DNA from: Paragordius varius
Lineage: Eukaryota > Animalia > Nematomorpha
Direction of reading: 5' to 3'
NCBI GenBank assembly: GCA_964247055.1
Contig: OZ176051.1
Location: forward strand, 5,952,001 to 6,016,000
Length of the DNA: 64,000 nucleotides
The notes below the pieces were generated by a model. The model worked only from the letters and a program-made list of their open reading frames with translations, did not search any database and was not told the origin of the DNA. The position numbers and the translations under genes were made by a program. Below are positions 1 to 13,875 of this stretch, one piece after another. Positions within the stretch are counted from its first letter, which is position 1, and each line of letters starts with the position of its first letter.

Positions 1-181
1 ATAAATATTCTTAATTGGTAATACTATGGGTTTAAATTGCAATATAATCAATCACTTATAAATCAGAAATTTTAAAATATTCTATTTTTGAAATGATCGA
101 ATATAACTTAAAACAAATTGTGTTCATACAAAAACAGGTAGTTATTTATATTTAAAATATGCAATTAAATATTATTTATAC

Positions 182-3100
182 CTGTTGATTAGTCAATGGG
201 AGTCCATTAAATAATACTTGGGGTGTTGAATCTAACCCAGAATTTTCATAGTACTCCACACTTTCCTATATATAATACACCAAAACAAAGAGAGAAAAAT
301 TAAAATTTATATCGGAAAATCAAACCAAAATTCAAAAAGAAAAAAAAAACTAAAAAACCTCCATATCTGTGATAAATTTTTCATTTTGTGCTAAAGCTAA
401 ACAACCTTCCATTTGAAAACCATGATGTTCGCTGACTACTTCGCTACATATCAATTTTTCCATTTTGTTAACATCCGTAAATAATTCGTCATTTAAGGTG
501 GTACCATTATTGGGATATAAAATATCCATAATCTATAAATTTAGGAGAATTTGGTTTATAAATATAATATGATACAAAAAATGTGAGCATATTTTATTAA
601 AATGGTTTTATATAAGGGCATGAAATTATTTTGAAATACTGAGATGATATTCTCATTAAAGGTATTAAATATAATTAATAAATTATATTTGGTGAATGCG
701 AAAAAAAATTGAAAGGATTTGAGATTATAATTTATTCATTTTTTAAAAATTAATACTTGTAGATTTCGCAAATACTTTTACTTAAACTTATGTTTTTATA
801 ATAAAACACATATTTGATATGACATTATCAGACCCACAATACATCTATATTTATATAAAATGATTTATCTTAAAGTTTTATATTTATTAAAAGTGCTATT
901 ATTCCTAGAGCCAAATTATCCATCTGTCATCTTTATACTCATAAGTCTTGGCAAGATCAGCAAGGAATTTTAGCATTGGCTTGTGGGTGCGCATATTCTT
1001 ACTATGTAAAGTAATTTATTTCGATAGTGTGATATATAAGCTCATATTGGGTATATTTCATGATTCATATAGTAGTTTTCAGTTGTATGGCTGCAGTTAT
1101 GTACTTCATCACTCTTTTAATGATTCTGCAAATATTCCGAGCACAACGCTTCCACAGTTGGCACCTGTTTTCGTTCGAACTTTTTATAAGCGACAGCCGT
1201 TAATTTAAGAAAGACAATTCTCAGAGTTATGATGGATAAATTAAAAATGGTATCAAATGAGTCTGATCACGGTGTAGCCGTGAAGCTTCATTTTTTAAGT
1301 TATGCATAGACATTGACAATGGTGACTAGGGAATTTAATCTGTTATGATCAATTTTAAATGAAGCATTTGGAATATTTCCAAAAATGATATAAGTTTAAG
1401 CCATTACTAATACTAATTTTGGGTTGCATATGTTACTTAAATTCAATTTAGTTGTATGTAGCAACACTTTACGAACATAAAAACAATCCTAAACCCAACG
1501 ATGTTTCTACTTCTCAGAAAAGATTTTTAATGCCGTTTATTAATCCTCTCTCTTTAAGGCGAATGTTTGATTACTATTGTCAATATAGTTACTAGTGTTC
1601 TGTGGAGACAAATTCTTAGCTGCCCAAAATATTAATATGGGGTAAGAACCCAACAGGTGTGAGTCTTTGGATCATTTATTTCTTGTAAGATCAGAATTGA
1701 TTTTATGTTCATAAATTATTACTGCATGCAAAAACTCAATGTAACTTAAGGATTAACCACAACTTCAGATTGATATAAGATATTGTCTCAACCTTATATG
1801 AGTTTTGGAAATATTCCCAGATGCTTCATTTAAAATTGATCGTAACAAAGTTAATACCTTACACCCCATTGTTTATATGTATACAAGACTTAAGAGATGA
1901 AGTTGCTCGGCTAAGAAAATTCCCGATAGCACATCCTGATCAGTCCCATCTGATACCGTTTTTGAAATTTAAACATCACACCTCTGAGTTGTCTTTATGC
2001 CTAAATTAACGGCTGTCGCTTATAGAAAGTTCGAACAAAAAACAGGTGTCAGCATTGGAAACGTTGTGCTAAGAAAATTTGCACACAATTAGAGTTATTA
2101 CAAGAGTAATGGAATACGTAACTGCAGTCATATACAATTAGAATATAAATGTAATATCCCCAACATAGAACTTATTCTGAACTACACCATCGAAACAACT
2201 TACTTAACATAATAAGAATATGCACCCAAAAGCCAATGCTAAAAGCCGTTGATGATATTGCTTGACAAGACTAATGAGAATAAAGAGGCCATATGGATAG
2301 TTTTGTAAGAGAAAACATAGCACGTTTGTAAAATCAACAAAAATATAAAACTTAAAACTTAAAACTTAAGAAAGCAAAAAACTTGAATAAGATTATCTAA
2401 TGCATCAATTCCCTTTCGTTTTCCATGAATGCGAGCATATTCTATAATGGCGAAAATAAGTCGACTAACTCTATCATACTTAGTTATAGCAATCGTTGTG
2501 GGATCATCAGATAATTTGTCAGATGTGTTTTCCAAATTTGCATTTTTATCTGAAGACATTCCAAGTTGATTAGGGAGGAATGTTAATACAATCCCAATAC
2601 TATAATGTTGTATAAAATTTTTTATATAATTTAGAAAGTTTGGACAGAAGTCTAATAGGCGACCACATTATTATAAAAAATTATCTTGATTATAACTTTA
2701 TAATGATAGAAAAAATTATATATTTATGAGATAATTAAAAATAAAGAAAGACACTTTCAATTATTAGTCATCAAATATATAAAAAATTTAGGATTAATAG
2801 TTAAAGCGCATACTGTAGAGGTAATTTGTTAGTATACATTTTTTTCAATTCTTTGAGCAATGATATGGAAGTTTGTGTAGCCGCAAGGACATGTTCCTTA
2901 AAATTTAAACAAAAAAGTGTTTTGGATGAATTATTTAAATCATTTTACATATGATAAGTGAAAATATAATATAATACATACTAAAAATAAATATATTATT
3001 CACATTTAGCTTTTATAACAATATCCCTCATCCTTTATCCCAAATTAAATAGTCCAAAAAATACTTTAAATTAAAAATCACGAGATTAAAAATGTTCAAA

Positions 3101-6100
3101 AATACGCTTTTAAACCCAAAAATTGATCATTAGTTATTTATATTTTAACGAACGTTTTACATATATACCAATGTTTCCTGCGATGTTTTAGAGCGTGATT
3201 GTCGAAAAACATGGTAAACATAATCCAAGGGGGAAACGAGTATAACGACATTATACAAGTTTTTACGAATTTCAAGGATCATACCAAACCAAAAGGTTTG
3301 TTCCATAACTGATAAATGAGGACTCCATTGAGAATACATTGCGTCGTTTTCGATATCATTACACCACTAAATAGCACATAGAATGAAATTAAATAATATT
3401 AAATTATTAAATTTATCGTTGCTCTAATTTTACAAAATTTTTTAAATTAAAAAGGGCAAGAATGTGAATATAATATACCTTTATTGCTTTCCCACTAAAA
3501 TCCAAGGCTATTTCATCCTCTTTTATTTCTAAGGGTGTATCCAAAAGTTTGATCATATCTGTCCTCTGAAAATAGAATCAATAATAGGGATAAGTAACCA
3601 AATTTCACAGTAAGATTAATAATAAGTAAAATATTTGTCTTGTCGATTTGTCAAATAAAACAGCCATATTTTTTAAAATATTTTATTAATTATATGACTA
3701 GGTTTTTTCAAATAAATTGTTGCGAAACATAGTGTGGGTCCTTTATCCACAAACCAAATTAGACTATATTTATGCAATTTTAAAAAAGTGAGATCCTGAA
3801 TATTTAACATCTCATCTTTAAAAATTTACTATAAAATAATTAAAAAATGACATAAGGTGTATACCTTAATTCCATATTGATTCAAGATACTCATGGGTTT
3901 ATGTTCGGTATCTAACAACTCCATCAATTGATAAATGTTAAAGTTGTCCATTATGTCAACTACAAGGCCATTCACAAACATTATACTATCTCCTGGAGCA
4001 ATGTTATATCCCTCAAAAGTCTAATTTGTAAAAAAAATATGAAAGTTCATATATATTTTACATTAACATGCTGTATTTTTAGATTTTGGCCCATATATGT
4101 AACCCTCATAGATGCGCTTTTAATTTGAAAAAAATGCGGCTGTAAACTGATTAACTCATGTCATTATATACATTTTCAATTTTTTAAAAGCACTAATATT
4201 TAAAATAATAAGCTTAAATGCGAGTATTCCAACAAAATAATTAGTTTATGAGCATTTTAAGCTTTCATAATTAGCCAAAAACGATCAAAAAATATATATT
4301 ATTTCATGAAATTTTAGAGAAAAAAGGTCATGATGCGAAGAATGAGCCATATATTTTCCTCAAATAATTATAGAAGTTAGGCGTTCTACTAATTATAAAA
4401 ATTTTATATAAAAGATTTATACATGTTGATTATGTGTAATTTCATCTTGAAATTTTCGATCAACCTTCACACCAGATAGGATGGGTGCCCTTGAAGGAAA
4501 ATTTTGGGAAAAATCACGCAAAAGTGCAATCTTATCAGCAAAAGATCCATCCATTTTAGCAATGAGTTGTGCAGCCTGAAAACTTAAATCTAGCAAAAAT
4601 TATATATATTTACCAAAGTTAAATAAGAAAAATTAATAATAAATTAAGTAACATTTTCTTTAACAGAGTAAAATTTAAATTGTCCAGTGGCGTAAATGGA
4701 AAATAATTAAAGTTTTTTTGATAAAAAAATGCATTTTAATAGTCAACCAAACTATTAAATTCCTTTCTATATAGCCCTATATGTTTAAGGGGGATTAATG
4801 TGGGCTTAAGTTATTCTCTAATCCATTGTTAAGTTTTTATTTTTTCGGTTGTTTAAAAAAAACTTAAATTACTTTACAGACTCTTATTTTTAATATATTA
4901 GCTTAGATATTAATGAATAGAAAAAGTATAATATAAATATTGATGAATAACCTTGCAGTTCCCATGCTTTTAGCCGTTTTAATTCAATATTACTCGATAA
5001 CAATTTTTCAGCATTTTCGATCGTTGCATTATCAGATGTACTCCCATAAGCTTTTCTAAAATTTGTTCAAAAACATATAACATTTAGAAAGAAATCATTT
5101 AGAACAGGGGTGTCCAACACAAATGGCTTTGCGGGCCGCATTTTTCGATCAAATAATTCGACGGGCCGGATTCACAAAATATATAGGCATAGACAAGTAT
5201 TTTATAGGGTTTTAGACTTAAGACTGTAAAACTTTTATTATTTTAACAATTTTGCTAGTTAATTGCCGAATTCGGAAAAAACTTATTCAGAAAATTTGTT
5301 TAAATCAATTTTACTCGGATTTTGTAAATTTTAAATTACACGCAAGCTGCAGAAATATTTTAGAAAGTCACCTGTTGCACACCCCATATTTAGATTAAGT
5401 TAAAAGGACATTATACGATCAACAGACTATTATAGATTTTAATTTGTAGTGATAGAATAATAATCGAAAAATATTATATATATACCTTAATTGAGTAAAA
5501 TTTAGTCCCTGGATTAGCTGATGGTTAGGTGGTACAAAATCTTTCTCTTTGTATATGTCAACAACAGTGTCTGTATTTGCATTCATCTTAATACGTTCGA
5601 ATGTATCTGGTTTAAAAAAAATTAATTTAATATTATTCTAAAAGTAAAAGTGAATTTCATAAAACATGGAAATACCATCAAATTGATCATCATTTTTGGC
5701 TTGATATTCGGTATTTTTTATGGCCAATTCGATCCCATACCCAGATAAATAAGTTTTAAGTTGCTTTATTTGACTGGTATCTGTGCAAAATTATTATATG
5801 AGTCTTTTACATTTTTAATATATATAAAAATTTTAGAAATTCAGAGGAACTTCCCATAAGACCCCTATTGTTGGAAAAAACATGGGTTCAACATTTAAAA
5901 TCCTTTTTAAGGAAATTATTTTAAATGATCTGAAAAAAAAACGAAATAATGCATGATGATCAGCATAATATAATTAATTTATGGGCGCTGTTTATTAAAA
6001 TTAACTCATTTGAGGGGAAGGTTAAAGAAGATTGCATGTACTTTTAACAAAGTGAATAATTTTTTTACTATATAATGAAAACGGCAACAAAAAACTAAAC

Positions 6101-7402
6101 AGATAAAAGAATCTTGTTTAAATTTTAAAGTTTATATTTAGGATCTTATGGATTAAGAAAAGGCAGAAAATTTAATTTATTTAAAAAATTGTTTTTTACA
6201 GGATTATTAAAAAATTAATAGTAAAGGACGTAATATGGTGGTAAGGATAAAAAGGCATCTTTAACGTTTAAGAAATACAGAAGTTATTTTAAGGTTGGGA
6301 GTACGTAATAACAATATAATTTAAATATTGGAATTCGACACAAGAAAACATTCGCCGAATAAACCATAATTTCATATCACACACGTTAGTAATAATTATT
6401 GATTGGTATCTTTAAATAATCTCCAAATCAAAACCCAAACATTGTATACGTTAAAAACATGAAAAACACATTAATATATAGCGCAGTCAATAAAAATTAT
6501 TTATTAAAATCCGAAAACTACGAAATTAGAGAATATAAACGCTATGATTTCGTGTTTAAAATAAATAATTTCTTGCTATGAAAATCTTTGGCTGATAATA
6601 TATATATATATATATATTAACTTTGAATATTGGTTCCAGAGAACACAGGTCTGTAATAGTAATGAATAAGGCCCTGTTTAGCAAGTAAACTTAACTGAGC
6701 ATGACTTTCAACAAAATGTGGAGTACGAAAATCACTATAAAGAATAGCAGTTGGAATGTTTAGTTGTTGATTATTATTATATGAGGGGGAAGGGTAACGA
6801 TGATCTACAGATTTATAAACTAATATGTTGGTAGAATTAAATGGTTGTTTTTGTAATTGACTATTAAAGTCGTTTAAATGACTAATTAAAGATCGAATGT
6901 CGCACAAAATAGAATTTTGAATTTGAATAAAATATGTGGTTGAGCATTTTTTTGTTAATCGCAAATTAACTTCATTGTATATCTAAAGTCATTTTAATTA
7001 AACAAACTTGATCAAACATATTAATTTTAGGCGAGTATTTACGAATAGAAAGGGCAAATAACAAAGAATTTTTTTGATATCCATTTAAATTGAATTGTTG
7101 TAGAATTTGATTTATGATATCATATTCAGATTTTTGGCTAGTATATAAATCTAAATTACAAAAATAAATACTTTTATAATTAAGATCAATTTCAGATAGT
7201 TTTTCAATAAATTTCCAATAATACAATGAGCTATAGTCTGAAAACCACTCGCTAAAAAATAATTTTTCGCATACCTCGTTTCAAAAATCAAAGGTGTATC
7301 TTTCCAATTGGATTCCATATATGCTATTACCTTTTTTTCTTCATTCCCAATATATTTTTTTAATATATTGAATAAAACAATCAAAACGAAATAATTTCTC
7401 AT
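182..7402 (-). CDS. UGGT: UDP-glucose:glycoprotein glucosyltransferase, N-terminal part (multi-exon; continues beyond the left edge)
   Basis: Hand-spliced exons give MRNYFVLIVLF...SNWKDTPLIFETSEWF; DHRYPSP...AILYSDF...HYYYRP; TYLSGYGIELAIKNTEYQAKND (5676-5780); LKAWELQDLSFQAA...DFSQNFPSRA; PGDSIMFVNGL; WCNDIENDAMYSQW...IRKNLYNVV; YYENSGLDSTPQVLFNGLP (182-265). These match UGGT1 motifs (LSGYGVELAIKSTEYKA, WQLQDLSFQ, SQNFP) in the correct order with GT-AG junctions in phase. Confidence 0.93.
870..2355. repeat. Degenerate inverted duplication (arms ~870-1480 and ~1700-2355) inside UGGT intron 533-2382
   Basis: The reverse complement of ~1175-1225 (CTCTGAGAATTGTCTTTCTTAAATTAACGGCTGTCGCTTATAAAAAGTTCGAAC) matches ~1982-2037. 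Likewise ~1340-1390 matches ~1795-1850 and ~915-1010 matches ~2210-2305. Confidence 0.85.
5105..5387. mobile_element. hAT (Buster-type) MITE, CAGGGGTGTCCAAC family
   Basis: Termini CAGGGGTGTCCAAC / GTTGCACACCCCAT; 8-bp flanks ATTTAGAA / ATTTAGAT with TA at positions 4-5. Lies in a UGGT intron. Confidence 0.75.
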
Positions 7403-7730
7403 TTTTAACAATCCGTACAACTTAAATCAGGCGTGGGTAACACATATTAGTTAATATTCATATGTTTATTTTTACACCTGAAATTAGGCTAACCTGAATA
7501 AGCCGTTCTTTTTACAGTGGCTTATAAAAAATATAATAAATATGCATATGGTTGAATTAAGCTAGAATATTTATACGTTACTTAAAGAATATTAGATCTA
7601 ATTAACATTAGTATAATATAAAGGATATAGTAAGGATTTATTTTACCTGTAAATGCCAAATATATCTTCATTTGATTTTATACATGTCTTTTTATAAAAC
7701 TTATTATTATATCTCTAGAAGTCAACCCCC

Positions 7731-7830
7731 ACCATTGACTGGTGTATGGAAGGGTAACAAGGGACGTCTTTTGCGGACAATAGCGACGTGGGTGTGCTAC
7801 ACCCTTTGCTTGATACACCTTGATACAATA
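7731..7830. repeat. ~100 bp GC-richer hairpin-forming element, copy A
   Basis: ACCATTGACTGGTGTATGGAAGGG...CTTGATACACCTTGATA is shared with 8722-8822. GGTGTAT (7741) pairs with ATACACC (7813-7819). Confidence 0.8.
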
Positions 7831-8721
7831 GTTGTTTTATAAAGAAAGGAAACAATTATTTTGGTTTAGTTGTATTTAAAAACAGACTATCAAAGGCATC
7901 GTTTTTACGACTGTGTATAAGCCGTAATATCTAAAAAACTGTCGTTTATTAAAATATATGCTTCTGAATCGATTGAATCAATTGATAAAAATTGGTGTAA
8001 TCGATTGTCCAAAATTAAAAAAAAATTAAATATTAATTTTTTTTAAAGTGCACAATATTGTGAGGTATGCATGCACTGCGTACAAAATTGGACAGTATAA
8101 AAAAATCCTGATGAAATACATATATTCTGATAGGATGATTTATCAGGATTGTCACAGTCATTTTGCTTTTGGTCCTTGCGAGGAAAGTTTATCACTTTGT
8201 GCTAAGTGTTAAAATTGAAAATCGGCAAATTTTGGGCATATTTTGTTGAAAAAAAATTTAATAAAAAGTAAATTTCAAAAAAATAAAACAAAAATATATC
8301 ATAGATAACAGATAAAATGATAAATATTATTTTTATAAAATTGTTGGCTCCTAAAGTCTCATTTTTTCGCTCTTTTAAAACACAGTGTCTACAAAAAATA
8401 ACCTGTTGAATACTAGGGGATATAATGAAACTAATCACCACTCATAAAACTAAGCAACATTATAATGGCCGCACCTGATATTCGACTCTTTTAATATGCA
8501 AATATTTATCTATCGAAGGTAGCTTTGAGACTTCAAATTTTGTTTTTTGACATTTGAGAAGTAGACCACGGAAATCTTTAGTGCAATTTTTTAAAACTGA
8601 GTAGGTTTTTATAGGATTATTTGCATAAATATAATATACGATTTTTGTCAATTTTCATTATGCCTTTAGCTGTTTTAATAAATTTCATTTAATTTATAAG
8701 ACGCAGGACGGCTGTCACTGA

Positions 8722-8822
8722 ACCACCATTGACTGGTGTATGGAAGGGCAGCAAGGGACGTCTTTGGACAGTGGCCTAGTGGGTCTGCTACAACCTTTTC
8801 TTGATACACCTTGATAACACTA
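8722..8822. repeat. ~100 bp GC-richer hairpin-forming element, copy B
   Basis: Direct repeat of 7731-7830 with conserved stem ends (GGTGTAT 8735 / ATACACC to 8810) and a diverged loop. Confidence 0.8.
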
Positions 8823-9110
8823 TTTTTATACGATGTGGGGCTATGGGAAAAATGACTTTATCCTGTTATTAAATAATTTCCATTTTAAAATTTATTAGCC
8901 TCTACATTTTCAGAAAATCACTTCACGACCAATGTTTCATTGTTATGAATTTTTAAAAAGCTATAAATTTTCTTCGAGGCAAGTTCAAATTTCTAGATCG
9001 TCAATATAAAGTAAGAAAATAACAAATTGTTTTTATCATCTATTTATTAATTTAAAATTTATATTTAGCAAGTACCATACCACAAGGACACCTATTTATA
9101 TACTTTAATA

Positions 9111-9325
9111 GGGTGGTACTCAAGCCGGAGCCACGGGCCACATTCAGCCCTAAAAGTGGTTCTATATATTTATTAAACTCTTTGATGAACTTATTTTGAT
9201 TATAAATATTTGCAAGTGTGTCAAGCAGCTATAAAATTTTTATCGGTATTATATGGTGCACAGCCCCTGACACAAGATAAATATTATTTGCGTCCCTCTA
9301 AAATTTTTTGGTAATACATTCCGGG
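9111..9325 (+). mobile_element. Short MITE-like derivative of the CAGTGGTAC hAT family
   Basis: Left end GGGTGGTACTCAAGCCGGAGCCACGGGCCACATTCAGCCCTAAAAG resembles the left ends at 45860 and 52879, and its right part resembles their right subterminal region. The right boundary is uncertain. Confidence 0.45.
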
Positions 9326-9375
9326 AGCAGCAGTTAACTAGGCTAATCAAATAAGTGGCTAGATTATGTTTGGTG

Positions 9376-9410
<35 letters not shown>

Positions 9411-11480
9411 CGTTATATGTACCGATCTATAAAATGCTTCAAAGCTGACATTCTAAAGCTAAATTTTTATAAATATATGACTGTATTGACTAAATAGGGC
9501 ATTTAAAACTTTTCTTCTTGAAAGGAACACATTTTGTAGTATATACAATTTTACGCTTTCCCGACCATCATGGGGAACTTGTCTTTCTTTCGACTACAGA
9601 TGGATGAACATTTTATGTTCAAAACCTGATTTTCAGGGGTAGGGGTTCATTCAAATGAGTACCAATGCCATGATAGGCAATATTGGAAAAGAAGCCATCA
9701 TTTTATATGAATGGGGTTACGTTTTATGTGTTAAAGAGCTAAATTGGGATCTACCCAAAAGCTATTTGAAAAAAACGTTAATCCATAAACTAAAACAGGA
9801 CAAATATGATTAGTACCAAATTTATATTCATCATACGTTTTCCAAAGAAATGCCATGATTATATTTTAGGTTTTTGGCAAAAACTAGTAATTACGAAAGA
9901 GGGCTTGATTATCTTCCACATTCTAATAAATAAATTGAAAAATATGTGATTAAATTCTATAAACGTCCGCGTCTACAGTAATATGGTTTGAAAGCAATAC
10001 TCTATAATTATATATATACACATTACTCACAAAAAACATCCTGGTGAATCAAATATATTCTGATTACGTCATGATTCTCATAGTGCTTTTGGTTTTGTTG
10101 CAAATAAAAGAAAGAATTTGAAAATAAGTGCACATGATGTTAAATAAAATTTTATCAAAATACTACTTTCCAAAAAATATCATTCTATATTCTACTAAAT
10201 TTAATAGGTAGGAATGCAAATATCGTTTAAAATGTATTTTTAAAATGACAATTCAAAGATTGTGCCACAACATAAATTACACTATGCCACTCTTGTAAAT
10301 TTAAAATTTATTTCATTTAAGTACATAATTAGTATATCTGAAAAGAAAATTAGTCTAGCATTCAAAAATTTTTTATATTAGAGTTTATCGATAATTTTTG
10401 GCCTCGATTTAACATTAAACTCGAAATTTCGAAAATTAAAAGTTTTAGTGAAGCCATGTATTTTATCTCATTCGAAAGAGCGCAAAAAACTGCATCTTTT
10501 AAATGGTGGTAAGTCATTTAAATCTATCGGATGTAAAAGTTATTTGGATTTAAATGGTCGAAATTTTCAATCCTTAAATAAGTCAAGAATTTTCACTGCT
10601 TTTTTAATAAAAATTGTTATCATAAATATTTTACCTAGTGGATACTAAAATGCATAGTTTTAACTGTAAATTTATTACATAATGGCTATAAAAGATCAAA
10701 AATACCTTAAACTTTGTTTTTATCTTTAAAATTTCGAAATTATCAGCCTCGTAAAGAAAATAAATTAATATTGATGAGATGATAATTTTTAAAAAACGAA
10801 AAACTTAAAAATGGCTGTTTTGAGTGACATAAAAGCAATAAAAAAATCTTGTAATCAAAAAAACTTTCTTGAGTTATTTATTTTGGACATTCATTGCCAT
10901 CTAAGCAAAATTTGAGCTATTTTCATCCATTAGTTTTGAAAATATAATAATTAAAAAAATGCTCTCGCTTCGCGCGTTTGTCGCTCTTTGTGTCCAATAT
11001 TAACAGTCGATGTAATACATATTAGTATGCATTTTTAGAGTTTTTATTACTCTTTCGAATGATATATTACAAATGGGCATTACTTGTATATTTTCAAAGA
11101 AAAACATTTTTTAGTAAAATTTTGATAAAGAGGGCACGAATCAAAAAAATCAAATTATACAAAATCTTCCATCGAGTTATAATTTTTATTTCAGATTTAC
11201 TGTTAAAATGATACTAAAAATTAGAAAATGCAAAAAACTAGAGTGGCAGAAAAATTTGTTGTCCAGTGTTCTATGATGGAATATGAAAAATATGTATTTA
11301 AAAATTTATACTTAAAATCAATTATTTAAAACGTGACTTTAAGGCCATAGAAAGCTTTACTTTAGATGTGGGCTAACTAAATTATAAATTTTGAGATAAA
11401 CTAAGCAAAAAAATATACTTTTGAAATATTTTTTAACATACAAAGGTAATATATTGCCTCTACATTATATACATTATGAT

Positions 11481-13875
11481 TAAAGTGACCAGATTTTTTG
11501 AAGGAAAAAGCGGGACAAATCTGAGAAAGGGGGCATGGGGGGTCCAACCAAAAATTTTTATACAAAAAATTTATAATATTTATTTATTTTTAACACAAAT
11601 ATATTATAAATATATATAAACATTTTATTTTTTGGTATATTTTCTTATTTGAGGGAATGCGTTTTAGCAGATTGTCATTCTTTTTTAAAATATAAATCTT
11701 CACAAGAATTTGTCAAATTATATTTGACAGATAAAATGGCCTTTAAAGTTTCGACATGTAAATTTGATTTTTCCAATATCCACACCTGATTTAGTGTGGA
11801 AAAAACGCGCTCAGTAGCAGCGTTGGTTTCAGGTAACATAGTTTGTTTCAAAATGATAAAATATTTCTAACACTTTCTTTTCTACTGTATTTTTTGTAGT
11901 CTATTATTTAAGTTTGTCATTATTAATATATTTTTTAACTCTCCAGAAAAAGGATCATTTTCTGAAAGATTACTTTTTGGGAATTTTTGGGAGATGCAGA
12001 TGTAATCAAAAGATTTTTGAATATCGCACCAATTAAATTCTGGTTTTAATGTTATTCAATGATCATTGGATTGCACCGTCCAGTCTTCCAAATAAACTTT
12101 AAAGTTTGTGTAAAACATTTTTATATGGTACATATCTTGGCGATTTATTAAGCTTTGTTTTTCTAAATTATTTATAATATTGCGAATGGTTAATGGTATA
12201 AAATTATTTTCAAACCTTTCTTGACATTGGAATTTTAGGTTACTAACTTCAATGGCTACTTCGATTGTCGAATTTTTGTCACCTTCTATAAATTTAATAA
12301 CATTTTGAAAGAGAGAAGCTTGATTATGTAAGAATTCTAACCATATTTTTGAAGAATCACTTTCAAAAAACTGTTTTAAAGTTGTAAGACATTTGTTCTG
12401 TGATAAAAAAAAGATTCTAAAGGAACATACATTTTTAAATCTTTCGATAGCTGGCATAAAAGCTAACCAACGAGTTTTACCATATCCAAGCATTTTTTGA
12501 TATTGAACTTCTGCATTTTCACACAATTCCCTTAAGCGTTTCAACGCGTACCGTGTATATATAATGATAGGAATGTATTTTAACAACTACATTTTCCATA
12601 TCTAGGGATATCAAATCAGAAGCTGTTTAAATAGCGTTGTGTAATATATGTGCACACCCAGCGCCAATAATGTTTTGATTAAGATTATCTGTAAATTTAT
12701 GAAAAATATATTTTGTTCCCCTCCTTGCTTTTCCACCGAAGTTTGTATTGGTGTTGTCAGCGCAATATGCGATGATTTTGTTTTTTAAATTATTTTTTCT
12801 AGAATATTCATTATTGAAGTAAAAATACCGAGAGAAATAGAACTAAAATTTTAATTTTTACTCCGGTTTCTGGATAAAATATCTTATTAAAGTGGGAAAT
12901 AATTTTATTTCAATGTGATTTGATGCAGCAGAGTATAGCGATAGGAAATTAATTTTCAGCAAATCTTTTTGTATTTCAGAAAATGCATGTGGCGAAGGGA
13001 CATTGCATACAATGATTTCAGTCTTTGTACGGGCACATGTAATTTTATATTGAATATGGTACGAATAATCTGTGAGGTACAATCCATAGATTTAAAAGAA
13101 TGATTGTGATTAACCGCGTGAAAAGATAAAACGCCTTCGGCTAGTGCCAATTTTCTTCCTCTCCAAAAGCGGTTTCTCGATAAAAATCGCTCATTTTGTA
13201 AGATGATGCCGCCATATCTAAACAATTTTTATGTTTCTATGTTTTCATATGCTTTGTAATATCATGCTTGCCGCCATGTGCTAGGATGAATTCCCCCTCG
13301 CATAAAGAAGAAAATGAATTATTCATTCTTCGTTTCTTTGATAAAAGGAAATTCTTTGATTAATTCATTGTTGAATTAATAACCTCTTTTTGTACTCATA
13401 TTTTTAAACTAATATTAGTTTAAAAAAATATTACCTTAATTTTCTGGAGTAAACGTATAAGCTATCGATTTTTGGTATTAATTTGTCTTTTTGATAAGAT
13501 TGACAGGTAATATAACTAAAACATTAGTATAAAAATATATTTTATTACCTTAATTTTCTGAAGTTATATAAGCTACCGATTTGGACTTTTTGATAATGTT
13601 GGTAGTAAGAGTAGGAAGCAAAGTGTATAATCATATGATATAAATTTGAAAAAAATATATATTTTTAATTTAAAAATAAAAAATTGTAATATAAAATTGA
13701 TATAGATTTTATAGATAACTATTGATAAAAAATTTAAACGATTAAAAAAAAATTTTTAATAAAAAATTTAAATGTATCTAATTATTTTTTATATAATCTT
13801 GAAAAAGCGGGACATTTCAAAAACGTAGCGGGACGCGGGACAAAGTGTGAAAAAGCGGGACGTCTGGTCACCTTA
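11481..13875 (-). mobile_element. hAT DNA transposon, near full length, with a frameshifted transposase
   Basis: TIRs TAAAGTGACCAGA / TCTGGTCACCTTA; exact 8-bp TSD ATTATGAT (11473-11480 and 13876-13883); subterminal GCGGGAC repeats. Transposase remnants on the - strand include CADNTNTNF, GKTRWLAFMPAIER and a C-terminal dimerisation-like region. Confidence 0.92.

Noticed and set aside
948-2009. Alternative genetic code or stop readthrough suggested by aligned stops in the inverted arms
   Set aside because: The arms also carry frameshifting indels, and all intact genes in the window use TAA/TAG/TGA as normal stops, so decay explains it.
10380-10990. Possible Helentron/HINE-like non-autonomous element (part recurs near 49290)
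   Set aside because: Only short similarity; no definable termini or target site.
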